Source: Delftia acidovorans NBRC 14950 (GTDB lineage Bacteria; Pseudomonadota; Gammaproteobacteria; Burkholderiales; Burkholderiaceae_C). From it: a stretch of DNA of 32,000 bases. The stretch is taken from positions 120,001 through 152,000 of the forward strand of contig NZ_BCZP01000008.1 in NCBI RefSeq assembly GCF_001598795.1, read 5' to 3'. The notes below the pieces were generated by a model. That model searched no databases, was not told the DNA's origin, and worked only from the letters and a program-made list of their open reading frames with translations. A program made the translations under genes and the position numbers. This document shows, piece after piece, positions 23,809 through 32,000 of this stretch (its first letter is position 1; every line of letters begins with the position of its first letter).

Positions 23809-24711
23809 ATGTCCCACGAATTGCCCCCCACCATCGATCCGGCCGCCGCATTGCGCTGGCAGCAGGCCGCGCCTGCGGCCTCGCCGTGGCTGCATGAGGA
23901 GGTGGCGCGCCGCATGCAGGAGCGGCTGGACTGGATCGTCAAGCCGCCCCAGCGCTGGTGCCACTGGCAGCCCGTGCGCGGCGGCCTGCAGGCCCATGCG
24001 CTGCTGCGCCAGCGCTATGCGCAGTCCGAATGCCTGGTCTATGAAGCCTCGCCGCTGCATGAGGCCGCCGCCCGCGAGCAGCTGGGCGCGCGCTGGTGGC
24101 AGCCCGCGCGCTGGACCGGGGGCGCCACGCGCTTCGGCGAGCCCGAACCTGCCGGCGTGGACATGCTGTGGGCCAACATGGCCCTGCACCAGCAGGCCGA
24201 CCCGCAGGCGCTGATCACGCGCTGGCACCAGGCGCTGTCCGTGGACGGCTATGTGATGTTCTCCTGCCTGGGGCCCGATACGCTGCGCGAGCTGCACGCC
24301 ATCTACGCCCAGCTCGGCTGGCCGCCCGCCGGCCAGGCCTTCACCGACATGCATGACTGGGGCGACATGCTGGTGCACGCAGGCTTCAGCGAGCCGGTGA
24401 TGGACATGGAGCACATCACGCTGACCTTTGCCACGCCCGAGCGGCTGCTGCAGGAGCTGCGCGAGCTGGGCCGCAACTTCCATCCGCAGCGCTTTGCCGC
24501 CCTGCGCGGCCGCCGCTGGCAGCAGCGCCTGCACGATGCCCTGCGCGAGCGCCTGGCCGGCCCCGACGGGCAGCTGGCGCTGACCTTCGAGATCGTCTAC
24601 GGCCACGCCTACAAGCCGCAGCCGCGCGTGCGCCTGGAGTCCAGCAGCGCCGTATCGCTGGAGGACATGCGCAGCATGCTGCGCCAGCCGCGCAACACGG
24701 GTTTGCGATAG
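23809..24711 (+). CDS. BioC-like class I methyltransferase-fold protein (SAM motif I not recognisable)
   Basis: It is collinear with E. coli BioC as I remember it. DMLWANMALHQQADPQALITRWHQALSVDGYVMFSCLGPDTLRELH corresponds to DLAWSNLAVQWCGNL..LRELYRVVRPKGVVAFTTL. ITLTF corresponds to ITLWF, and LTFEIVYGHAYK to LTYHLFLGVIAR. It is divergent from comF. The start is Met38 of track ORF 23698..24711. Confidence 0.65.
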   Translation: MSHELPPTIDPAAALRWQQAAPAASPWLHEEVARRMQERLDWIVKPPQRWCHWQPVRGGLQAHALLRQRYAQSECLVYEASPLHEAAAREQLGARWWQPARWTGGATRFGEPEPAGVDMLWANMALHQQADPQALITRWHQALSVDGYVMFSCLGPDTLRELHAIYAQLGWPPAGQAFTDMHDWGDMLVHAGFSEPVMDMEHITLTFATPERLLQELRELGRNFHPQRFAALRGRRWQQRLHDALRERLAGPDGQLALTFEIVYGHAYKPQPRVRLESSSAVSLEDMRSMLRQPRNTGLR

Positions 24712-25375
24712 CCCCAATGTCGCTTTCCGGTCATTGATCGAAAACAAAAACGTCTACACTTTTCCCGAGCTGACAGAGACAACAGCTTTTCCCTGGGCTC
24801 GCTTTCCCGGGCCGGGAAAAGACCAGCGGTCCGCAGGCCGAAAGGGGAGACGATTTGGTGTTTCGTTTTGCCACGGGAACGAGAACGGGCCGACCCATCC
24901 AGGAGCGGCCCGCCCACGAGTTTGATCATCACCGGCTGCAGCAGTGCCTGTTCCTCTGGGAGCGGGCACTGGTCTTTCTGTCCCTGCTGTCCCCTCTTCT
25001 GTGCCGCATGCCGGGCCGCATGCGCCCCCTTTTCCAATCCGCTCCCGGCCCCCATGGCACACATGCCCTGAATGGCCGGCGTGCGCGCATTCTTCCGTCC
25101 ACCTTGCTGCTGTCCTCCGAATTCATGCGCCTGCAGGCGCAGGCGGGGATGGCTGTACGCCCGAATCCTGGTCCCACGTCCGAGCTGCCGTTGATGCCGG
25201 CTGGCACGCTATTGGTGATTGCGCGCAGGCACATCTGCGGCGCTTTCATGCATGCTCGGACAGTTGAGGCCGGGAGTTGCCCTTTGGGCAGGCGTTGAAC
25301 GGTCTGGCTGCGCGGCCCCCACGCCGGCGCAGCGGAGCGAGTGGATAACCCGAGGCTTAGATGTAAGTGAAAACT

Positions 25376-26557
25376 ATGAAAAGCATTTCCACCAAGCTGG
25401 TTCTCTGGGGCTTGATGAGTGTGGCAGGGGGAGGCTCCCTTGCGCATGCGACGACAGATCTGCCAGGCGGCCCGGCCGTCAATCAGCTCAACCTTCATCC
25501 GGCGGTCACGCGCATCGCGCATGAGCAGCATTACCTGCACTGGATGATGCTGATCATCTGCACGGTGATCTTCATCGGCGTGTTCGCCGTGATGTTCTAT
25601 TCGATCTGGAAGCACCGCAAATCGCGCGGCGCCAAGGCGGCGAACTTCCACGAATCGGCCACGGTCGAGGTGGTCTGGACCATCGTGCCCTTCATCATCG
25701 TCGTGCTCATGGCGCTACCGGCCACCAAGGTGCTGGTGGCGCAGAAGGACACCACCAACGCCGATGTCACCATCAAGGCCACGGGCTACCAGTGGAAATG
25801 GGGCTACGACTACATCAACGGCGAAGGCGAGGGCCTGAGCTTCATCTCCACGCTGGACAGCAGCCACCGCGCGCTGTCCGACAGCGGCGATGTCTCCAAG
25901 GCACCCAACGACTACCTGCTCAAGGTGGACAACCCGCTGGTCGTGCCCGTGGACCGCAAGGTGCGCATCATCACCACGGCCAATGACGTGATCCACTCCT
26001 TCATGGTGCCGTCCTTCGGCATCAAGCAGGATGCGATCCCGGGCTTTGTGCGCGACACCTGGTTCCGTGCAGAAAAGACCGGCGACTACTACGGCCAGTG
26101 TGCCGAGCTGTGCGGCAAGGAGCATGCCTACATGCCCATCCACGTGAAGGTGCTGTCGAGCGACGGCTACAAGGCCTGGGTGGACGAGCAAAAGAAGATC
26201 GCCGCCGCCAAGAAGGACGATCCCAGCAAGGTCTGGTCCCTGCAAGACCTGATCGCTCGCGGCGAGAAGGTCTATGCGGCCAACTGCGCGGCCTGCCACC
26301 AGGCCAACGGCAAGGGCGCCGGTCCCATCAAGGCGCTGGACGGCAGCCCCGTGGTCCTGGGTCCCACGGCCGAGATGATGCATGTGGTGCTGGAAGGCCG
26401 TGCCAACGGCGCCATGCCCGCCTGGAAGCAGCTGAGCGATACCGAGCTGGCCGCCGTGGTCACCTTTGCCAAGAACCACTGGTCCAACAAGACCGGCCAG
26501 CTGGTGCAGCCGGCCGAGTTCGTGGCCGCCCGCACCGGCAAGTTCCCCGGCCAGTGA
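25376..26557 (+). CDS. ctaC: cytochrome c oxidase subunit II with a fused C-terminal cytochrome c domain
   Basis: The protein has a signal peptide and two TM helices. The CuA site is HSFMVPSFG...CAELCGKEHAYM and the C-terminal haem c motif is CAACHQANG. An alternative GTG start lies at 25367. Confidence 0.9.
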   Translation: MKSISTKLVLWGLMSVAGGGSLAHATTDLPGGPAVNQLNLHPAVTRIAHEQHYLHWMMLIICTVIFIGVFAVMFYSIWKHRKSRGAKAANFHESATVEVVWTIVPFIIVVLMALPATKVLVAQKDTTNADVTIKATGYQWKWGYDYINGEGEGLSFISTLDSSHRALSDSGDVSKAPNDYLLKVDNPLVVPVDRKVRIITTANDVIHSFMVPSFGIKQDAIPGFVRDTWFRAEKTGDYYGQCAELCGKEHAYMPIHVKVLSSDGYKAWVDEQKKIAAAKKDDPSKVWSLQDLIARGEKVYAANCAACHQANGKGAGPIKALDGSPVVLGPTAEMMHVVLEGRANGAMPAWKQLSDTELAAVVTFAKNHWSNKTGQLVQPAEFVAARTGKFPGQ

Positions 26558-26592
26558 GCCCGCAAGACAGATGAGCGATTGGAGATAACAGC

Positions 26593-28263
26593 ATGAGCGC
26601 CGTACTTCCCCCCATCCACAGCCCTGCGGGCGAGGGCCACGAACATGCGCATGAGCACGAGCATGGACACGGGCATGACGACCATCACCACCACGCCACG
26701 CCCACGGGCTGGCGGCGCTGGATGTTCGCCACCAACCACAAGGACATCGGCACGCTGTACCTGCTGTTCTCGTTCACCATGCTGATGGTGGGCGGGGTGC
26801 TGGCGCTGCTGATCCGCGCCGAGCTGTTCCAGCCCGGGCTGCAGATCGTCAACCCCGAGCTGTTCAACCAGCTGACCACCATGCACGGCCTGATCATGGT
26901 GTTCGGCGCCATCATGCCGGCCTTCGTGGGCTTTGCGAACTGGATGCTGCCGCTGCAGATCGGCGCCTCCGACATGGCCTTCGCGCGCATGAACAACTTC
27001 AGCTTCTGGCTGCTGATCCCGGCCGGCCTGATGCTGGTGGGCTCGTTCTTCATGCCCGGTGGTGCCCCCGCCGCAGGCTGGACGCTGTATGCGCCGCTGA
27101 CGCTGCAGATGGGCCCGTCCATGGACACCTCCATCCTGGCCATGCACATCATGGGCGCCAGCTCCATCATGGGCGCCATCAACATCATCGTCACCGTGCT
27201 CAACATGCGCGCGCCCGGCATGACGCTGATGAAGATGCCCATGTTCGCCTGGACCTGGCTGATCACGGCCTACCTGCTGATCGCCGTCATGCCCGTGCTG
27301 GCCGGCGCCATCACCATGACGCTGACGGACCGCCATTTCGGCACCAGCTTCTTCAACCCCGCAGGCGGCGGCGACCCGGTGATGTACCAGCACATCTTCT
27401 GGTTCTTCGGCCACCCCGAGGTCTACATCATGATCTTGCCGGCCTTCGGCATCATCAGCCAGATCGTGCCGGCCTTCAGCCGCAAGAAGCTGTTCGGCTA
27501 TGCCTCCATGGTGTATGCGACCTCGTCCATCGCCATCCTGTCCTTCATCGTGTGGGCGCACCACATGTTCACGACCGGCATGCCCGTCACGGGCCAGCTG
27601 TTCTTCATGTACGCCACCATGCTGATCTCGGTGCCCACGGCCGTGAAGATCTTCAACTGGGTGGCCACCATGTGGCGCGGCTCCATGACCTTCGAGACGC
27701 CCATGCTGTTCTCGGTGGGCTTCATCTTCGTGTTCACCATGGGCGGCTTCACGGGCCTGATCCTGTCGATGGCGCCCATCGACATCCAGCTGCAGGACAC
27801 CTACTACGTGGTGGCCCACTTTCACTACGTGCTGGTGGCCGGATCGCTGTTCTCCATGTTCGCGGCCTACTACTACTGGGCCCCCAAGTGGACCGGCGTG
27901 ATGTATTCGGAGACGCGCGGCCAGATCCACTTCTGGGGCTCGCTGATCTTCTTCAACGTCACCTTCTTCCCCATGCACTTCCTGGGCCTGGCCGGCATGC
28001 CGCGCCGCTATGCCGACTACCCCATGCAGTTCGCCGACTTCAACATGGTGGCCTCGCTGGGCGCGCTGGGCTTTGGCCTGATGCAGGTGTATTTCTTCCT
28101 CTTCGTCGTCGTGCCCGCCATGCGCGGCAAGGGCGAGAAGGCGCCGCAAAAGCCCTGGGAGGCCGCCGAGGGCCTGGAGTGGGAAGTGCCTTCGCCGGCG
28201 CCGTTCCATACCTTCGAGACGCCGCCCAAGCTCGATGCCACCGCCACCCGCATCATCGGTTGA
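26593..28263 (+). CDS. ctaD: cytochrome c oxidase subunit I
   Basis: The motifs are canonical: TNHKDIGTLYL, WFFGHPEVYI, HHMFTTGM and VVAHFHYVL. GGAGA lies upstream of the ATG. Confidence 0.95.
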   Translation: MSAVLPPIHSPAGEGHEHAHEHEHGHGHDDHHHHATPTGWRRWMFATNHKDIGTLYLLFSFTMLMVGGVLALLIRAELFQPGLQIVNPELFNQLTTMHGLIMVFGAIMPAFVGFANWMLPLQIGASDMAFARMNNFSFWLLIPAGLMLVGSFFMPGGAPAAGWTLYAPLTLQMGPSMDTSILAMHIMGASSIMGAINIIVTVLNMRAPGMTLMKMPMFAWTWLITAYLLIAVMPVLAGAITMTLTDRHFGTSFFNPAGGGDPVMYQHIFWFFGHPEVYIMILPAFGIISQIVPAFSRKKLFGYASMVYATSSIAILSFIVWAHHMFTTGMPVTGQLFFMYATMLISVPTAVKIFNWVATMWRGSMTFETPMLFSVGFIFVFTMGGFTGLILSMAPIDIQLQDTYYVVAHFHYVLVAGSLFSMFAAYYYWAPKWTGVMYSETRGQIHFWGSLIFFNVTFFPMHFLGLAGMPRRYADYPMQFADFNMVASLGALGFGLMQVYFFLFVVVPAMRGKGEKAPQKPWEAAEGLEWEVPSPAPFHTFETPPKLDATATRIIG

Positions 28264-28286
28264 TGCAAGCCCCAAGGGAGATGCAC

Positions 28287-28394
28287 ATGGACGCACAGCA
28301 ACGAAAAGCCAACCTGCGGCTGGCGCTGATCCTGGTATCGGTGGCGCTGGTCTTTCTGGCCGGCTTCGTGATCAAGATCACCGTGCTCCATTGA
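28287..28394 (+). CDS. small single-TM protein (cytochrome oxidase small assembly protein-like)
   Basis: The 35-aa product MDAQQRKANLRLALILVSVALVFLAGFVIKITVLH is read from the C-terminal part of track ORF 27552..28394. AAGGGAGA lies upstream. The position between ctaD and ctaG is typical of Burkholderiales cox clusters, as far as I recall. Confidence 0.5.
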   Translation: MDAQQRKANLRLALILVSVALVFLAGFVIKITVLH

Positions 28395-28418
28395 GGGCAG
28401 GCAACAGGAGGGACGTCC

Positions 28419-29039
28419 GTGAGCGTGCGCAGTGAAAACGCGAAGATGGTGGGCAAGCTGGCCGTGGTGGCGCTGGGCATGTTTGCCTTCGGCTACGTGC
28501 TGATTCCCATCTACAAGCACATCTGCGAGCTCACGGGCATCAACATCCTGTCGTTGTCCGAGCGCCAGGTGCCGGGCAACGGCACGGCCGGGCGCGATGT
28601 GAAGCTGCCCGCCAACTCGCAGGTGGACAAGAGCCGCACCATCACCGTGGAGTTCGACGCCAATGCGCGCGGGCCCTGGGACTTCAAGCCGGCGCAGCGC
28701 TCCATCCAGGTCCATCCGGGCGAGCTGGCCACGGTCATGTACGAATTCCAGAATGTGCAGGACCGCCGCATGGCGGCCCAGGCGATACCGAGCTATGCGC
28801 CACGCCAGGCGGCCGCGCATTTCAACAAGCTGGAGTGCTTTTGCTTTTCGCAGTACACGCTGGAGCCAGGGGAAAAGCGCGAGTGGCCGGTGGCCTTCGT
28901 GATCGATCCGCGCATCTCCAAGGATGTGACCACGATCACGCTGTCCTATACCTTCTTCGAGGTGGGCGGCAGGACGCCGGCCGCACCCACGGGCGGGGCG
29001 CCGGTGGCGGCAGGGCCGAAGCAGGAGCCCGCCTCATGA
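28419..29039 (+). CDS. ctaG: cytochrome c oxidase assembly protein CtaG/Cox11
   Basis: The GTG start is preceded by AGGAGGG. The protein has a TM anchor, then ...ITVEFDANARGPWDFKP....IQVHPGE...Y...N......A....Y.V.P..AA.HFNKLECFCF..Q.L.PGE, the Cox11 signature. Confidence 0.9.
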   Translation: MSVRSENAKMVGKLAVVALGMFAFGYVLIPIYKHICELTGINILSLSERQVPGNGTAGRDVKLPANSQVDKSRTITVEFDANARGPWDFKPAQRSIQVHPGELATVMYEFQNVQDRRMAAQAIPSYAPRQAAAHFNKLECFCFSQYTLEPGEKREWPVAFVIDPRISKDVTTITLSYTFFEVGGRTPAAPTGGAPVAAGPKQEPAS

Positions 29040-29248
29040 ATGCGCCGCAGCCACGGGAGCCGCGCCGCCCGCCCAGCGTGTGGCGCACGGTGCGCGCCGT
29101 GGCCTGGTCGCTCTTCGGCGTGCGCAGGGGAAGCGAGTACCAGCAGGACGGGGAGCGCATCACGCCGCTGCATGTGATTGCAGTGGGGCTGGCGGCCATC
29201 TTCGTGCTGGTGCTGGGATTGATCGCGCTGGTCAAGCTCGTGGTCTGA
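29036..29248 (+). CDS. DUF2970 domain-containing small membrane protein
   Basis: The 70-aa product is MNAPQPREPRRPPSVWRTVRAVAWSLFGVRRGSEYQQDGERITPLHVIAVGLAAIFVLVLGLIALVKLVV. Its ATG overlaps the ctaG stop (ATGA), suggesting translational coupling. It is read from track ORF 28835..29248. Confidence 0.6.
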   Translation: MNAPQPREPRRPPSVWRTVRAVAWSLFGVRRGSEYQQDGERITPLHVIAVGLAAIFVLVLGLIALVKLVV

Positions 29249-29318
29249 GCGGCGCGGCCATCGGGGACAGAGAGTGATAGACGGGAAACCGAGAACCAAG
29301 AATTTCAGGAGCTGAGCA

Positions 29319-30200
29319 ATGAGTGCAACCACCCACGGCAAAACGCCTTACTACTACGTGCCGGCCGAGTCCAGCCACCCCGTCATGGCGGCGGCGGGGC
29401 TGTTCTTCGTGATCCTGGGCGCGGGCAACTGGATCAATGGGCATGAATGGGGCATGTACAGCCTGGGCCTTGGCCTGGTCTGGTGGCTGGCCGTGCTCTT
29501 TTTCTGGTTCCGGGAAGCCGCGCATGAAAGCGAGTCGGGCAAGTACGGGCGCAAGATCGACCTGTCCTTCCGCTGGAGCATGAGCTGGTTCATCTTCTCC
29601 GAGGTGATGTTCTTCGGCGCCTTCTTCACCGCCCTGTGGTGGGCGCGCTCGCATTCGGTGCCCGCGCTGGGCAGCCTGGACAACGCCTTGCTGTGGCCCG
29701 ACTTCAAAGCCGTCTGGCCCAGCATGGCAGCGGGCGCCACGGCCTCGCCGGCCAACAGCGTCGAGCCCTTCCAGACCGTGGGCCCGTTCTGGCTGCCCAC
29801 CATCAACACGGCGCTGTTGCTGACCTCGGGCGTGACGCTGACCATCGCCCACCATGCGCTGCAGGCCGGCCACCGCGCCCGCACCATCGCCTTCATGTGG
29901 ATGACGGTGGTCCTGGGCTTCGTCTTCCTGTGCGTGCAGGGCTACGAGTACTACCACCTGTACACCGAGTTGAACCTCAAGCTGTCCTCGGGCGTGTTCG
30001 GCTCGACCTTCTTCCTTCTCACGGGATTCCACGGCTTCCACGTCTTTGTGGGCATGCTGATGCTGTTCTTCATCACCATGCGCCTGCATGCGGGGCACTT
30101 CACGTCCGAGCGGCATTTCGGCTTCGAGGGCGCGGCATGGTACTGGCACTTCGTGGACGTGGTCTGGCTGTTCCTCTACGTCCTCGTGTACTGGATGTGA
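29319..30200 (+). CDS. ctaE: cytochrome c oxidase subunit III
   Basis: The motifs ...FFLLTGFHGFHVFVGMLMLFF...EGAAWYWHFVDVVWLFLYVLVYW are typical. AGGAG lies upstream. Confidence 0.9.
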   Translation: MSATTHGKTPYYYVPAESSHPVMAAAGLFFVILGAGNWINGHEWGMYSLGLGLVWWLAVLFFWFREAAHESESGKYGRKIDLSFRWSMSWFIFSEVMFFGAFFTALWWARSHSVPALGSLDNALLWPDFKAVWPSMAAGATASPANSVEPFQTVGPFWLPTINTALLLTSGVTLTIAHHALQAGHRARTIAFMWMTVVLGFVFLCVQGYEYYHLYTELNLKLSSGVFGSTFFLLTGFHGFHVFVGMLMLFFITMRLHAGHFTSERHFGFEGAAWYWHFVDVVWLFLYVLVYWM

Positions 30201-30219
30201 GGGCCTGCCCGCCCCATGC

Positions 30220-30247
30220 AAAAAGAAGCGCCTGGGCGCTTCTTTTT
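30220..30247. terminator. bidirectional rho-independent terminator between ctaE and the convergent DUF2909 gene
   Basis: The sequence AAAAAGAAGCGC-ctgg-GCGCTTCTTTTT is a perfect stem flanked by an A-run and a T-run. Confidence 0.65.
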
Positions 30248-30270
30248 GTTTGCGGGGGCAGGGGGCTTGT

Positions 30271-30513
30271 CTATTGCCCGGCGGTCCAGCCGGTGGGATG
30301 GATGTAGCCCAGCTTGGCCGCCAGCAGCACGCACAGGAACAGCGCGATGGACAGGCCCACGCGCAGCGCCAGTGCGCGGAACATGGCGCGGCTGCGGCGC
30401 CTGTCGTCGCCCGGACCCTCCTGGTCTTCGGGATTGCGGCGCATCATGAAGAACAAGGCGCTGCCCAGACTGGCGACAATGGCCAGCAGGGCGAGAACGA
30501 TCACGAATTTCAT
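30271..30513 (-). CDS. twin transmembrane helix small protein (DUF2909-like)
   Basis: The 80-aa protein has two hydrophobic helices (MKFVIVLALLAIVASLGSALFFMM and RVGLSIALFLCVLLAAKLGYI) separated by a charged loop. Its position in the cox cluster is typical. Confidence 0.65.
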   Translation of the reverse strand: MKFVIVLALLAIVASLGSALFFMMRRNPEDQEGPGDDRRRSRAMFRALALRVGLSIALFLCVLLAAKLGYIHPTGWTAGQ

Positions 30514-30542
30514 GGGTGGATTATCCGGTGCGTGTTTCCAGA

Positions 30543-31316
30543 ATGCCAGACCGCTGGCGGTTTGTACTGATCACCTTGGCCGCGCTGATCGGCGTGGCCA
30601 TCACACTGTCCCTGGGCCGCTGGCAACTGCAGCGGGCGGCCTACAAGCAGCAATTGTTCGATGCCGTGCAGCGCCAGCAGGGCCTGCCGCCGTTGGACAA
30701 CGCGCAGCTGGCGCCCATGCAACCCGGTGCTGCCCTGAACACCGAGGCGGCGCCCTGGCTGCACCGGCCCGTGCGACTGCAGGGCCACTGGATTGCCGGG
30801 CAGTCGCTGTACCTGGACAACCGCCAGATGCAGGGCCAGCCGGGCTTCTTTGTGCTCACGCCGCTGCGGCTGGCCGCGCCGCATGAGGATGTGGTGATTG
30901 CCGTGCAGCGCGGCTGGGTGCCGCGCAACTTCCTGGACCGCACGGCCTTGCCCGAGGTGCAGACGCCCGAAGGCCTGGTGACCGTTGAGGGGCGCATGGA
31001 GGCCGCGCCGTCCCGGCTCTACGAATTCGGTCGTGCAGGGGCAGACCCTGATGGGCAAAAGTCGCGCATCCGACAGAATGTGGACATTGCCGAATGGGCC
31101 GTGGCCTCCGGGCTGCCGCTGCGCGAATGGAGCCTGCTGCAGACTGGCGAAGCCAGCGAAGGCCTGCGGCGCGACTGGCCCGTTGTGACGGCCGGTGTCG
31201 AGAAACACCATGGCTATGCGTTCCAATGGTTTGGACTTGCGGCCCTGATCACGCTTTTGTATGTCTGGTTCCAAATCGTCCGACGCTTTGTCCGTCCGCG
31301 CCATGCCCGCTCCTGA
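30543..31316 (+). CDS. SURF1 family cytochrome oxidase biogenesis protein
   Basis: The sequence runs MPDRWRFVLITLAALIGVAITLSLGRWQLQRAAYKQ... to ...HHGYAFQWFGLAALITLLYVW, the SURF1 pattern of a TM helix at each end and RWQL.R. An alternative GTG start lies at 30516. Confidence 0.8.
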   Translation: MPDRWRFVLITLAALIGVAITLSLGRWQLQRAAYKQQLFDAVQRQQGLPPLDNAQLAPMQPGAALNTEAAPWLHRPVRLQGHWIAGQSLYLDNRQMQGQPGFFVLTPLRLAAPHEDVVIAVQRGWVPRNFLDRTALPEVQTPEGLVTVEGRMEAAPSRLYEFGRAGADPDGQKSRIRQNVDIAEWAVASGLPLREWSLLQTGEASEGLRRDWPVVTAGVEKHHGYAFQWFGLAALITLLYVWFQIVRRFVRPRHARS

Positions 31317-31992
31317 GACTCCCCTGGAGATGACTGTCCATGGCCTGCCACCCTTGCAGCCGGCCCTTGCCGGCGCGCAACGCACGCGCAGCGGCCGCTG
31401 GAAGATGCTGGCCGTGTTCGCGGTCTGCGCCGCGCCCGTGGTGGCCTCCTATTTCACCTACTACGTGCTGCGGCCTGGCCAGCAGCGCAGCTTTGGCGAG
31501 CTGATCGCGGCCCAGCCGGCCCTGCCTTCGGCCACGGCCACCACGCTGGACGGCGCGCCGCTGCCGCTGCAGTCGCTCAAGGGCCAGTGGCTGCTTCTCA
31601 GCGTGGCGGGCGGTGCCTGCGGCAGCGCCTGCGAGAGCCATCTCTATCTGCAGCGCCAGCTGCGCGAAACCCTGGGCCGCGAAAAGGACCGGCTGGACCG
31701 GGTCTGGCTCATCTCCGACGACGCACCCGTGCCCGCGCACCTGCGCCCCGCGCTGGCCCAGGCCACGGTGCTGCGCGTGCCCGAGGCCGTGCTGCGCGGC
31801 TGGCTGCAGCCGACGCCCGGCCATGCGCTGCAGGACCACCTGTACGTGGTGGACCCGCAGGGCCACTGGATGATGCGCATGCCCGCGGGCCTTGGCATGG
31901 CCGATGCCGGCAAGGCCAAGCGCGACCTGGACCGGCTGCTGCGTGCATCGGCTTCCTGGGACACGGCAGGGCGCCCGGGCGACGGCGAGTAA
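31303..31992 (+). CDS. SCO-like thioredoxin-fold membrane-anchored protein (probable oxidase biogenesis factor)
   Basis: The protein has a TM anchor (WKMLAVFAVCAAPVVASYFTYYVL) and a CxxxC motif (CGSAC), with a later DHLYVVDPQGHWM. It lies directly after SURF1. The start is uncertain: 31261, 31303 or 31330, none with a good SD. Confidence 0.55.
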   Translation: MPAPETPLEMTVHGLPPLQPALAGAQRTRSGRWKMLAVFAVCAAPVVASYFTYYVLRPGQQRSFGELIAAQPALPSATATTLDGAPLPLQSLKGQWLLLSVAGGACGSACESHLYLQRQLRETLGREKDRLDRVWLISDDAPVPAHLRPALAQATVLRVPEAVLRGWLQPTPGHALQDHLYVVDPQGHWMMRMPAGLGMADAGKAKRDLDRLLRASASWDTAGRPGDGE

Positions 31993-32000
31993 GGCTGGCC

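Noticed and set aside
24855-25298. 147-aa plus-strand ORF in the long ctaC upstream region.
   Set aside because: It has no start context, no motifs and irregular composition. It is treated as non-coding and flagged as a finding for transcript mapping instead.

Overview
This window is a high-GC proteobacterial chromosome segment, roughly two-thirds G+C by eye. Gene content and order suggest Burkholderiales/Comamonadaceae, but that is an inference, not a search result.

About 26 kb (6.2-32 kb) is ordinary core genome:
- tRNA-Arg(CCU)
- a tight co-directional array of MoxR ATPase, GNAT, CoxE-like VWA protein, TamA and TamB
- cytochrome c4, a DUF1841 protein and an SDR/LysR divergent pair
- a KefB/KefC-type K+ efflux antiporter, a LysE exporter and a MaoC dehydratase
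- a DUF4148 protein, TrmL, ComF and a BioC-like protein
- an aa3-type cytochrome c oxidase cluster: ctaC, ctaD, small ORF, ctaG, DUF2970, ctaE, DUF2909 (opposite strand), SURF1 and an SCO-like gene

The only clearly accessory part is about 0.4-6.1 kb, wedged between a YfcF-like GST gene and tRNA-Arg. It is a compositional patchwork containing:
- a strongly AT-rich gene for a secreted protein with an extremely Cys-rich tail (no family recognised)
- a decayed IS481-family transposase
- an orphan 219-aa gene divergent from a tandem-HTH XRE regulator
- a tyrosinase gene followed by a DUF2182/PpoB2-like membrane protein gene

I see no CRISPR array, rRNA, intact mobile element or recognisable defence system. 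The Cys-rich secreted protein and its decayed island context are the most unusual items. Many long ORFs in the track are antisense or off-frame shadows typical of high-GC DNA and were rejected.
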